Assembly (NCBI RefSeq): GCF_006345805.1
Contig: NC_042998.1
Span: 161,200,001 to 161,264,000 of the forward strand
Origin: Octopus sinensis
Lineage: Eukaryota
Direction: 5' to 3'
Length of the DNA: 64,000 nt
Of the stretch, positions 13,436 to 24,598 are shown one piece after another (position 1 is the stretch's first letter; every line of letters starts with the position of its first letter). The notes under the pieces are model-generated. The model was given only the letters and a program-made list of their open reading frames with translations. It was not told the origin of the DNA and made no database searches. The translations under genes were made by a program, and so were the position numbers.

Positions 13436-15331
13436 CAGTGCTGTGAAAAAGTCTTCAGCCACTTTAAAATATTGTAAATTTCTTCTAATTGCCAACTTAT
13501 AAGTGGATGTTTCACTTTGCGTTTTTTACAGATGAAACATTTTGTTTTGTTCCTTCTCGAGCCATGCCTAGCTCATAAGGGTCGGTTTCCCAGTTTCCTT
13601 GGCATATAGGTTCTCCACCTGGACGGGACGCCGGTCTGTTGCAGGTGAGCTGCAAGATGCAGGAGGAAAGAGTGAGAGAATGTTGTGGTCAAAGAGTTAG
13701 CAGAAGTTCGCCACTAGTTTCTGCCAGAGCCGTGTGGAGCTTAGGTGTTTTACCCATAAACACACACATTACCCGGTCTGAGATTTGAACCTGTGATCCC
13801 TCGACCATAAGTCTGCTGCTCTAACCATTAGGCCATGTGCCTCAACAGATGAAACATTGACCCTGTTGGAGTCATTTCCATACCTAATCATTATATTTTG
13901 TAGTAGGGCTTCTGAAAGAGATGGGAAGATGCAAGATGACCACCAAAAGTGGCTGTGCAAAAGTTTTCAGCCACCTCACATAATGCAATAAAGATACAGT
14001 ATTTTAAAACAGTATTTTAAAAATGTTTATAATGAAAATTTATTCCATAATGTTAATTTCAAGAAGTTAATGCACATTGTTAACATTTTCTGTGGCTTCT
14101 ATTAGCTTGAATAATTGCTTCAGTGCACCTGGGAAGAGATGTGTAGAAATCCTTTAACATCTTCACAGGTATGAAATGCCATTCTCTGTGGCTGAGCTCC
14201 CACAACTCTTCAAGATTGCATGGATTCTTCTGATGAACTCTTCTCTTTAGTTCTGTCCACATTTACTCAATGATATTTAAGAGCTAGCCAATCTTTCAAG
14301 ATGGTAACACCTTCATCGGCCAGACTCTGTTGTGATGCATGTAATCTGTGGCGTGGATCTCTGACATGCTGAAAAATCTCATCTTCATCCAAGTCTAGTA
14401 TCAAATTGTCCTTCAGCAACTGGATGTATTTGGCACTATTCAAGTTACTGTCAATTTTAACCAACTTCCTTGAACCATTTCTTTCTATGTATCCTCATGT
14501 GGGCTGTTTCACTTTCTAATAAGTGAGAATTTGTCAGATGACCTCCAGGAAAGAGAAATGACCCACATTACACGACAAAAACAGTGAAGTCTGGGGGTAA
14601 GAGTCTGATGTTTTGGAGACACATAAAAAGTGATGGTTCAAGAAAGTTGGTTAAAATTGATGGTAATTTGAATAGTACCAAATACATCAATTTGCTGAAG
14701 GGCAATTTGATACTAGACTTGGATGAAGGTGAGGGTTTTCACTATGACAAAGCCTCCATGTGACAGATTGCATGCAACACAACAGTCTGGCTGATGAAAG
14801 TGTTACCACATTGAAAGATTGGGTAGCTCAGAGCCCTGACTTAAATATCATCCAGCAAATGTAGACAGAACTAAATAGAAGAATCCATGAAGAGTTGTAG
14901 AAGCTCAGCCACAGAAAATGGCATCACATACCTGTGAAGATGGTGGAGGATTTGCATGCATCTCTTCCAAGGCACATTGAAGCAATTATCCAAGGAAAGG
15001 GAAGCCACACAAAATATTAACAATGTACAATAACTTCTTGAAGTTAACATTGTGAAATAAATTTTCATTATATATATTTTTCTATTTTAAAACACTGTAT
15101 CTTGCTTGCTTTATATGAGGTAGCTGAAAACTTTTGCACAGCCATTTTTGGTGGTCATCTTCATCTTCCCATCTTATTCAGAATCCCAACCACAAAATAT
15201 AATGATTAGGTATGGAAATTACTCCAACAGAGCCAATGTAAAAAATGCAATGTGAAACATCCACTTATAAGTTGGCAATTAATAAAAATTTACAATATTC
15301 TAAAGTGGCTGAAGACTTTTTCACGGTACTG
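13436..15331. mobile_element. Palindromic Tc1-derived element: two head-to-head 3' transposase halves inside IR/DR-type termini
   Basis: Terminal 30 bp match 28/30 (CAGTG start) with TA flanks, and inner direct repeats lie at 13951-13976 and 15119-15143. 13860-14480 is the reverse complement of 14630-15235. Both arms encode decayed VKIDGNLNSAKYIQLLKDNL...LKDW.AQSPDLNII. Confidence 0.92.
13542..13844 (-). mobile_element. tRNA-headed SINE family D with a 14-bp target-site duplication
   Basis: acagatgaaacatt at 13528-13541 and 13845-13858; minus-strand head gaggcacatggcctaatggttagagc...ggttcaaatc. Confidence 0.9.
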
Positions 15332-15741
15332 TACATGTGTGTTTACAGATAATATCTTACTGGTTTGTTAAAGTATTTCATTTTAAATGGATATCTAAGA
15401 ATGCATGCTTGTAAATTTTCATATATTTGTGTTTTCATTTGTGCAACTACTGCAGCCATTTGTTGTGGCTAGGTTCCTTCTTTTTTGCCCAGTTAGCTAT
15501 TGTTTATAGAGTGTAACACTATAACGGGTTCACATGTATGTGTTTGTGTGTGCGTGCATGTATGTATATGTATTAATTTTAATTTCAATAGAAAGAAATT
15601 AAATTTATTGTTGTATATACTTGTGGATGGTTATCTTTTGCCAATTGAACACATATACTATTTATTTGATATTCACTTTAGTTTTATCATTATTTTTATT
15701 ATCATTATTATTATTGTTATTATTATCATTATAATGTCAGT

Positions 15742-15960
15742 GAGCTTGCAGAATCATTAGCATGCTGGACAAAATGTTTACCAGTATTTTGCCTGCCGCA
15801 GCATTCTGAGTTCAAATTCTGCAGAGGTTGACTTTGCCTTTCATCTTTTCGAGGTTGATGAAATAAGTACCAGTTATGTACTGGAGTTGATGTAATCGAT
15901 TTGACCCACCCACCAACACAATTTCAGGCCTTGTGCTTATTACAGGAAGGATTATTATTA
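15742..15960 (+). mobile_element. SINE family B (Deu/Nin-like central domain)
   Basis: gagcttgcagaatcattagc...gagttcaaattc...gactttgcctttcatcttttcgaggttgatgaaataagtaccagt. The domain name comes from recall and is unverified. Confidence 0.75.
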
Positions 15961-16224
15961 TTATTTTTAGTTTCTTTGTCTGTCAAAGTTCTTGCCTCAC
16001 ATATTCTGTGACCTCTTCAGTGGCTCTTTGTCTCATGTGTCATCCTTCTGTGGTACCAGTGCATGAGTTCAATTAGTAAAAGATGACCATCCCCGAGCAC
16101 AACAATATTTGTTTCAACACACGATTTCACATCAAGAATCTTGCAAAATAAATGCAGTAACAGAATTAAATTCTTTTAATTGTATACTTTTGCATTTTTG
16201 GAGAATAAATTTTCTCTTCCTTAC

Positions 16225-16315
16225 CATTATTTAACTTGTTATGTTTGTTATCATCATTGCGGCAGATATAATCATCATCATTATCCACATTTCCCTTTTT
16301 CTCCACCTTTTCAGC
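16225..16315 (-). other. Candidate 91-nt internal exon (AEKVEKKGNVDNDDDYICRNDDNKHNKLNN)
   Basis: Acceptor tttatttttagttgcag, donor G|gtaagg, open frame phase 0 to 1. No recognisable homology. Confidence 0.25.
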
Positions 16316-17116
16316 CTGCAACTAAAAATAAACCTGTTTACATAAAGTAAGTAGCTCTCATCTTTTGCTTTGTTCCAAACTGGATATTTTAAAATTTTGA
16401 ATGGAGAAAAACTATAGTTTTTAAATAAGTGGAAAAACATTGTTTCTTAATATTTATAAAAGAAAACAAGATGGCTTTTTTCTTTCAAGTAATTACCCAT
16501 TTCAAGGTTAATCCTATTCGAAGCTTTTTAATCATGACAGTGACAAGAACAAACCATATCAGTAACAAGACTTTTATTCTTAACATCATGGCAATATTTC
16601 AATTTCATATGGTGATCTGATTGTTAAAGTAGGAAAATCTACTATGGATAAACTGTTAAGATTTCAATGTAATTGATATTAGATATTATAAGCATCAATT
16701 TGAGATGGCAAAGGAGCAACAGAACAACTGTTGGGACAAAAATCAAGTATTTATAGACAATGAGCATCTATAATGTCTTACATTATAGAAAATCTATTAT
16801 CTCAAAGACTATATATTTTATGTGTCTACAAATAATAATAATGATGATGATGGTGACGGTGATATTGATGGTGGTGATCACACATATTGAGAAGAGCATT
16901 GTCGATGTGAGAACAACTGCTAATGACGTATTTTAATTTTTTTCCACATAACTTTACTTCATTTTGCAAATGAACAATCTGGTGTGTTTATTTCAATGGC
17001 CTATTAATGTATGTAGTGTGTTTCTTTGCCCAAGGAGCTGGGAAGATACTTAACAAGAAATGGAAGCAAAACTGAAACAAGAAGAAAACCTAATGATAAT
17101 AATAATAGTAATGATA

Positions 17117-17142
17117 ATAATCTACATATATATATATATATA

Positions 17143-17192
<50 letters not shown>

Positions 17193-17470
17193 CCTTTGTC
17201 TCTTTGTCTCTCTGTTCCCAATGCATTCTCAAATGGTTCACCAAATCAAATCAAATTTTACATGGTAATACTATCAGATCCCATGAATGTCAACATGTAA
17301 TTTTTTTTGTCATTTGGAATTGTCTCTCTGTCTGGCTGTTCCCAATGCATTCTCAAACAGCTCAACCAAATCAAATCAAATTTTACATGGTAATACTATG
17401 AGATCCCGTGAGTGTCAACATGTAACTTTTTTGTCATTTGGATTAAAACAATCCAGCATTGGCACTAGTT
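17117..17470 (+). mobile_element. Non-autonomous Helitron-like element with internal ~115-bp duplication
   Basis: Starts TC+(TA)n and ends ...ggcactagt (CTAG-T). The unit tctgttcccaatgcattctcaaa...tttggat occurs twice. Confidence 0.55.
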
Positions 17471-17574
17471 CAGTATTATATATCAAAAGTCAAAGAATAA
17501 AAGTGAAAGAATAAGATCTATATTGTAATGTGATATATTGTTTCACTTTTATACTTTTACTTTTAATTCTAACC

Positions 17575-18450
17575 ATGGCGACAACAATGATGTCACATTT
17601 TGTATGACTGTGTATCTGTCTGTGAATGTATGTGTGTGAGTGTATGAGTGTGTATATGTCTCATAATGTGTATGTCTTTCTGCATTAGGTACGTTATTAA
17701 ACACACTATATGTATGTGAGAGCTGGTCATGAAATTTCACTTTCATTTCAATTATTTTCATTTCCATTAAAAGAATATAACATTTCATAGAGATAATCTT
17801 TCTATTGTCAACAGGACATTTTATACCACGATGACAATGACATCACATTTTGTATATGACTGTGTATGTGCGTAAGTGTATGAGTGTGTATATATCTCAT
17901 AGTGTATGTCTTTCTGCATTAGGTACATTATTAAACATACATACGTCTACACATACATATATGTATGTAATGGTATGTTATTAAACACACACACACATCT
18001 ACACATACATATACATAAGTGATGACTGATGACAACGTCACATTTTGTATATGACTGTGTATCTGTCTGTGAATGTATATGTGTAAGTGTGTATACGTCT
18101 CATAGCATGTGTGTCTTTCTGCATTAGGTATGTTATTTAACACACACACATCCACAGATACATATACATATGTAATGACTGACATGTGTGAATGTATGTC
18201 TCTGTGTGGCTATTTTAGTATATGTATGTGAGTGTATATCAAGAACATTTCATACCACAACAATGACAACAACGTCACATTTTGTTTATGAGTGTATATC
18301 TGTTTGTGAGTGTATGAGTGTGTATGCATCTGCGAGTGAGTGAGTGAGTTTCTGTGTTACGTATGTTATTAAACACATACACCTCATCTACACATACATA
18401 TACATATGTGACGACTGACATGCCTGAATGTATGTATGTAAGTGTTAGAA
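17575..18450 (+). repeat. Array of four diverged ~200-250-bp units
   Basis: Motif gac(a)a...gtcacattttgt(a)tatgactgtgtat recurs near 17579, 17829, 18030 and 18261, each followed by TG/CA-rich blocks. Confidence 0.8.
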
Positions 18451-18628
18451 GTGAAACTCTTGAAAAAAAAACAATGAGTTGGCAAGGTCCAAGGTATATA
18501 TAAAAATACACATTTACTATTCCATTTCCAGGTAATAATTATCGCAGCAGTTGCAAGGTTGCAAGGTATATACAATTACATATTTACTATGACATTAAGA
18601 ATTTATCCTATATATGTATATATATGTG

Positions 18629-18678
<50 letters not shown>

Positions 18679-18685
<7 letters not shown>

Positions 18686-18893
18686 TGGGAAAAAAACCAC
18701 CTTTTATCAATTCAAAATGAATAATTAAATTACACCATCTAGAAAATACATTATATTATTTTTGTAATTTACTTAATCTTTACTTCTTAATTGTTATTTT
18801 AATTTTAACTTTTCTATTATATGTAATTTTCTAGACGGTGTAATTTAATTATTTATTTTGAATTGATAAAAGGTGTTTTTTTTCTAATATTTC
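18679..18893. repeat. Fold-back (~70-bp arms) embedded in (TA)n
   Basis: aaatattgggaaaaaaaccaccttttatcaattcaaaatgaataattaaattacaccatctagaaaa is mirrored by tttctagacggtgtaatttaattatttattttgaattgataaaaggtgttttttttctaatattt. Confidence 0.88.
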
Positions 18894-18992
18894 ATATATA
18901 TATTATATTGTGTGGAATTTGATTTAGTATTTCTAAATTGAATTCTTTGTCCTTGTAAGTTTGGATTTTATTCCCTCAAATAATAATATATA

Positions 18993-19034
<42 letters not shown>

Positions 19035-19254
19035 CTATATATATATAAAACAACCACAACAACAACACAATAATAATGATAATAACAACTATGATAATAA
19101 AATTTTGCCTCTTGGCATGGCCAAAATAATCAGGCAAGTATTAGATAGTTGAAAAGAACAGATAGTAATGTTACCATAGGCTGCAGGCAGCAAGCCTGCT
19201 ATGCATGCAGGACTGAAGGAGTTCCAACAAAACCTGTGATAAAAAGAAATAATA

Positions 19255-19800
19255 ATAAATGCCATGATGCAGTACCAAGCACTGACTCACATGGCTTCTG
19301 ATCTTAACTGATTGGAAGTGTTATCATGTACATTGTTTTGTCTTGCTATAAAAAGATGGGCTACAACAAATATTCTGCTCAATACCACAGATTTGCTTGT
19401 CAGTTGCTTGACCATAACCAGTTGAGCATGTCGCTTATTGGCTGATGGTATGTACATCTCTGATCATGAACAGAAGTAGCTGGGGAGCACCATAGCCATG
19501 TGTTGAGAGGAATTCTTTGGGGTTTTAATAATTCACCTCTGGAAACCTGGATGTTTTGTTCATCACCCTTAAACAACCCTTATTCAGAGTCCTTTAAACA
19601 ACCCTTATTCAGGGTCCTTTATTAGGGTCCGTGAAGAAAATTCTAACTGGGCTTCCACCTGCATGGTCATGCACTATTTATCTTTATATGAAAGCACCAT
19701 ATCGTGCACATATGGTTGTGATGCATGTGAGTGGTGTACCATTGGGCTTCAGTATTTGTATTCCAGTGTCACTCACTGTTCTCTTACTCAATAATAACAC
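19255..19800. mobile_element. Unclassified ~550-bp interspersed repeat flanked by (TAA)n
   Basis: Collinear with 60016-60610 (aaatgcc.tgatgcagtacca.gcactga...ctcactcaat). Confidence 0.8.
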
Positions 19801-20014
19801 TCATTCACAGAGAAATTGAGGCAAGCATAAAAATGGTTGTTCTTGCCTTATTTTGGGGTGCTGATTTCAGATACAAAACCAGTTTTTACTCATCACCTCT
19901 AGTTTTTGAGATATACATTACTATGATTATGTGACAATTTATGTAACCATATATATGATCAATTTTTATTTTGTTCACCAGATTTTTGTGCTACATATGA
20001 TACATATCACTACA

Positions 20015-20700
20015 ATGGCTTCAGGAACTTCAAAATACTGAGGATGCATCAACAAGGCAAATTCATTCTGATACATGTATGGGGATTTCACAACAGTTGT
20101 GCAGTGCCGAACAATTACTTCCCTCCTGAGAACAGCTTACTTTCATTATTTTGACTGTAAAATTGGAGATCAGGACAAATCTTGGGTCCCACACATCTAT
20201 TGTAAAGCCTGCAACAATGGACTAAGTGCATGGTTTAACAGTAAGAAAGCAACCTTCAACTTCACTGTCCCAATGGTCTGGAGAGAGCCATGAAGCCATA
20301 CAGATGATTGTCATTTTTGTCTAACAAATATAACAGGTTTCAACGCTTCTTCTAGAAAAAAGTTCAAATATCCCAACCTTCCCTTAGCTATGAGACCTTA
20401 CATCTGCCTTGACCAGGTTCCGCAGCACAAGCTGGGATGCTAGGAGCTCTGACTGCTGCTTAGACAGATATAAATCACAGGCAAGTTTATTCAGGTCTTC
20501 CTGTGTGATCCAATGGGGCTCATAGCCACTTGCTCCTGAATAAACAGAAGCATTGTCTTCGGAAGAAATCGACTTGGCAGAATCTTCCCCTGAAGGCATT
20601 TCTTCAGCTGATGGAAGAAGAAGATCCTCATTTGCTGGGGGTGTAGGGACAAGGAAATCATCTGTGTGGGGAATAGTTCTCATAGCTGAGGGGAGGTTAT
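20015..20700. mobile_element. Chapaev-like (CMC) transposase N-terminal relic with internal inversion
   Basis: Plus strand 20015-20398 reads GDQDKSWVPHIYCKAC...VPMVWREP*SHTDDCHFCLTNITGF...YPNLPLAMRP. The continuation (PHWITQEDLNKLACDLYLSKQQSELLAS) is on the minus strand at 20700-20400. The family name comes from motif recall. Confidence 0.75.
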
Positions 20701-20704
20701 AAAC

Positions 20705-20900
20705 CAGTGTTATAAGTTATTCTGCAGCCTTCAAAATCATTTGGCAGGAAAAAAATGAATTCTGTAGACGAGGTCAGTACAGTAATGGAGGAGTATTTTT
20801 CATGGACAAGTGAATTTTGGAACAGGGGCCTTGCAAGTCTACTAGATAGATGGAAAAGCATTGTAGAAAATGAGATAGAGTATATTTTAGATTAAAAATG
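20705..20900 (+). mobile_element. mariner transposase relic, C-terminus
   Basis: YKLFCSLQNHLAGKKMNSVDEVSTVMEEYFS...FWNRGLASLLDRWKSIVENEIEYILD*. Confidence 0.85.
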
Positions 20901-23900
20901 AACTTTATTTATCTTAAATTTGAAAAATATAAGAAGTTTAAAAAAGCTGCATTATTTATGGGATGACCCAATATGGATGTGTGTGTGTGTAGGTTTATAT
21001 GTGTGCGTGTGTGTGTGTTTGTGTGTGTAACTGCTGATCTGTACAAACAAGCATTTGGCTAGCATGGCACAGAAGTGACCACGTCTCTGCTGTATGACAC
21101 TGTATGAAGGGATATACCAGCTGGAATAAACTGCTGTCAAAACAATATTATCTTTCTGTAACACCCTATGAACATATCTAAGCAATCACATCCTATCAGC
21201 CACTGACTCATACACACACTGTCTTTTTAAAAAGAAGACCTTGTTTAAAGGAATAAATGTAAAAGAAAGATGATTTGATCATTCTAAGCATGTCTTTGGA
21301 ATATTTGAAGTCAGATTTTTAGAAGATAGTTTGTGATCATATAAGAGGAAATATTGATACAGCTTCCTACAATATATGATTCAAAACTGTTTATCTTCAG
21401 AACACAATCACTAACATGAAAGAATATGTGGTTAAATATAAATAAAGCTGAATCATGGTTTCTAACCTGGCTAAATAGAATGCAGAAATTCTTGCTTTCA
21501 TCTGTTGAAATGATTTTTTTTTTATATAAATAATTCAGCTTAAAAATGAGTATTCCTTTTTAAATTTGAAAGCATAAAAATTGCTAACACATTTTTTTTT
21601 ATCTAAAGAAATTGGCCCAGTACATTCTGTTTGTCAATTCTTTACAGAGTGATTCTTTTTATTATTCGTGTTTTGAATTCAGAGAAAAATTATTCTGATG
21701 AAAGAAATTATTGAAAAAGTAAGTATTAGAATTCATATGAACTAATTTTTTTTTCTTTTTCTTTTTTAATTAAATATGTCATCAATGAAATAAATTTATT
21801 AAAACATATATATATTAAAAATAATGCTTGATTTTATTAAATATATATAGAAATGAATTTCAAAGAATTTTGATTATTTATTGGATTTTTTTAGATAAGA
21901 CATTGAAACTTTTGGCAAACCCTAAATTTATAGTTTTAAATGAAGCTGTTAATCTTGTGAAATTCCCAAAAGATTTGCATTTCATTTTGTTTTATATTAT
22001 AGGGATACCTAGTTATGACCAGGAAAGAAAGCATTTAGCTGTTGGCTGATTAGCTAAATTTGAATCTTGGTAATTATGGTAATTAATATTTTCAACACAT
22101 AGTTTACCTTATTGGTGACAGAGATATATTTTTCATTTGTTAGATCGTAACCTGGAGTGTTATGTAGTTGACTTCTTAAGCATAGCTTTCAAAAAATTTC
22201 AGACATTTAATCACTGAAACTTATTATGCTTCTGGTTACACATACATCTGTCATTTGAGTTCATTGTCATCCACCAATTTTGTTTGAGCAGGTGACAATC
22301 AGGAGCACAGCATTGACAAACATCAAGATTGGTGAAATGCATCTTTTATTCTTATGAATCATTGCAACAATGATATTTATCTCACTGTGATACACATTGT
22401 ATTTGTAACACAGCAAGTGTATGAAGAGATTTCTTCTCAGAAAATTCCATAAATACATGCCTTCTAACAGTGTATATAGATTTAGTATGTTATGCAGATG
22501 ATGACAAACCACATAATTTTCTATAGTTTTGGTCTCTAATAGCAAGAGCACCCGTGGGAAATGCTTCACTAAACTGAAAAGTGACAAGTAAGGGTTAAGA
22601 AGTTGATTATTTGAAAAACAAAACTGAGAAGATTATTGCTTCATTAAAGTAAAAGCTGAACAGAAATTTATATTGAAAGAAATGTATTTGCTATTTAGGG
22701 AAAATTAATAAATATATCTAGCAGTTTTTCTTTTTAAACAGCATTGTATAATTTTTCATGCTAGCAGAATTTGGATGTTCCTGAAAACTCATTTCCTGTC
22801 AGTACACAGTTACACTATTTCATTCATAACCTTGATATTAGAAATATCATGGATAACCCTGATATTAAAAAAATCCTAGTGTCATAATAAACCATAAAAG
22901 TTGTAAGTTCAGACAATGCATCCAATAGAATGCCTAAAATATAAAATTCTCTCTAAATTATCTACTTATGAAGCCATTTTGGTAGTGAGGGACTACAGTG
23001 CATTTCTATGATTTATGAAGAAAAATAATTACATTTCTATAAAAGAAAAGACAGCCCTGATAAGTTAATAAGATTGTTCTATTAACTTGATCAATTATCT
23101 CTAGGGTTAAAAGGAAGTTACACAATGGACCATTATCTTGATTTCTTCCCAAACAGCTAAATTGGTTATTTTTTTCCCCTTTGAAAATGATCTTAATATG
23201 AAAATCTGTCTTTTGAATAGTTCTTATCAGAATAAACATGTCATCATGGGTACATTTCCATTAGTCACCAAAAATGTTTCTTGTTATTTATTTGATATTT
23301 TATTTTAACTGGTCTCTTTTGGGATGTCAACAGAAGCCATTTTAAATCTTGATTTATTAGTCAAAATATTTTTCAGATTCATAGCTTCATTATGTCCCTT
23401 CAATCAGTTTGTTCCTGTTAATAATATTGTACTCTACTTTCTTACATTACTCTCATATTTCGAAAAAAACTGTGAAATTAATATATTTTCTTGCAGTAAA
23501 ATCAAGATCTTTTTCCATGTTTTGAATATGAATAAATAGCAAGAACTGTGTTTATTGTTAAAACATAAAATACATTAAGAAGCCTCATACATCCACTATA
23601 AACACATAGGGTTTCATAATGCTTCAATGGGAACACACATACATTCACCATAAATACACACATTTCTACATTGTTTCATTGAACATGGATACATATTCAC
23701 CACAAGCACAAACCCTTGCACAATGCTATATGGAGAAAAGACATGCATTCACTTAAAACAAACATTTTGCAGATCTATATATTGGGGACACATGACATGC
23801 ATTTCATCATGAACTCACCATGTTTGCACATTATTATATTTTGTTATAGTAGGAGCATACAAACTTGCATGTCATTATATTGAGAAGACAGCATCATTCA

Positions 23901-24096
23901 CCATAAATACATATAGATCTGAACGTTGTTATATACTCTAAATATTGTGATATACCAAAAGTAGAGTAGATAGGGTGTTGGATTATATGATGAAGAATTC
24001 TGAATGTCTCCTATCACTAGTTACTAAATCATACCTCATCGATTCACTTATTTAACAACAGAACCCAGTTGGTAAAGAGAATAATTTGATAAGGAT

Positions 24097-24263
24097 ACCA
24101 CCACCACCACCACCGCCACCACCACCACCACCACCACCACCACCACCACCACCACCACCACCACCACCACCACCACCACCACCACCACCACCACCACCAC
24201 CACCACTACCACCACTGCCACTATCAATCATCATCATGATCTTCTCTTCCTCCTCCTCCTCCT

Positions 24264-24296
<33 letters not shown>

Positions 24297-24325
24297 CAGC
24301 AACAACAGCAGCAACAACAGCAGCA
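24097..24325. repeat. Compound trinucleotide tract: long (ACC)n, then (TCA)/(TCC)/(GCA/ACA)n
   Basis: Seen directly; it explains the poly-Pro and poly-Gly ORFs. Confidence 0.95.
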
Positions 24326-24375
24326 ATATATGATCATCCTCAGCTTTCTATGATGGTATGGGTTGGACAGTTTAA

Positions 24376-24598
24376 CCCTTTAGCATTTAAACTGGCCATG
24401 TCATCTGGCTAAAATATTCTGCCTGTATTATGATCAAGCTGGCCAAATTTGGCTTCTCATTTCTACCTTACAATGACATTCTGCATATATACAGTCACAT
24501 CTTCAAAATCTCAAAGCTACGAGACAATTCATGATTAATTCAAGACAATGTGAATAAATAAGCATAACATCTGGCAGAGTAATCTGAATGCTAAAGGG
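24376..24598. mobile_element. piggyBac-type MITE nested in an RTE-tail repeat
   Basis: TTAA at 24372-24375 and 24599-24602; termini CCCTTTAGCATT / AATGCTAAAGGG. Confidence 0.85.

Noticed and set aside
21690-21722. CTGATGA...GAAA spacing like a hammerhead
   Set aside because: No stem I, II or III pairing.
24052-24412. Poly-Pro and poly-Gly ORFs
   Set aside because: Explained by the (ACC)n microsatellite.
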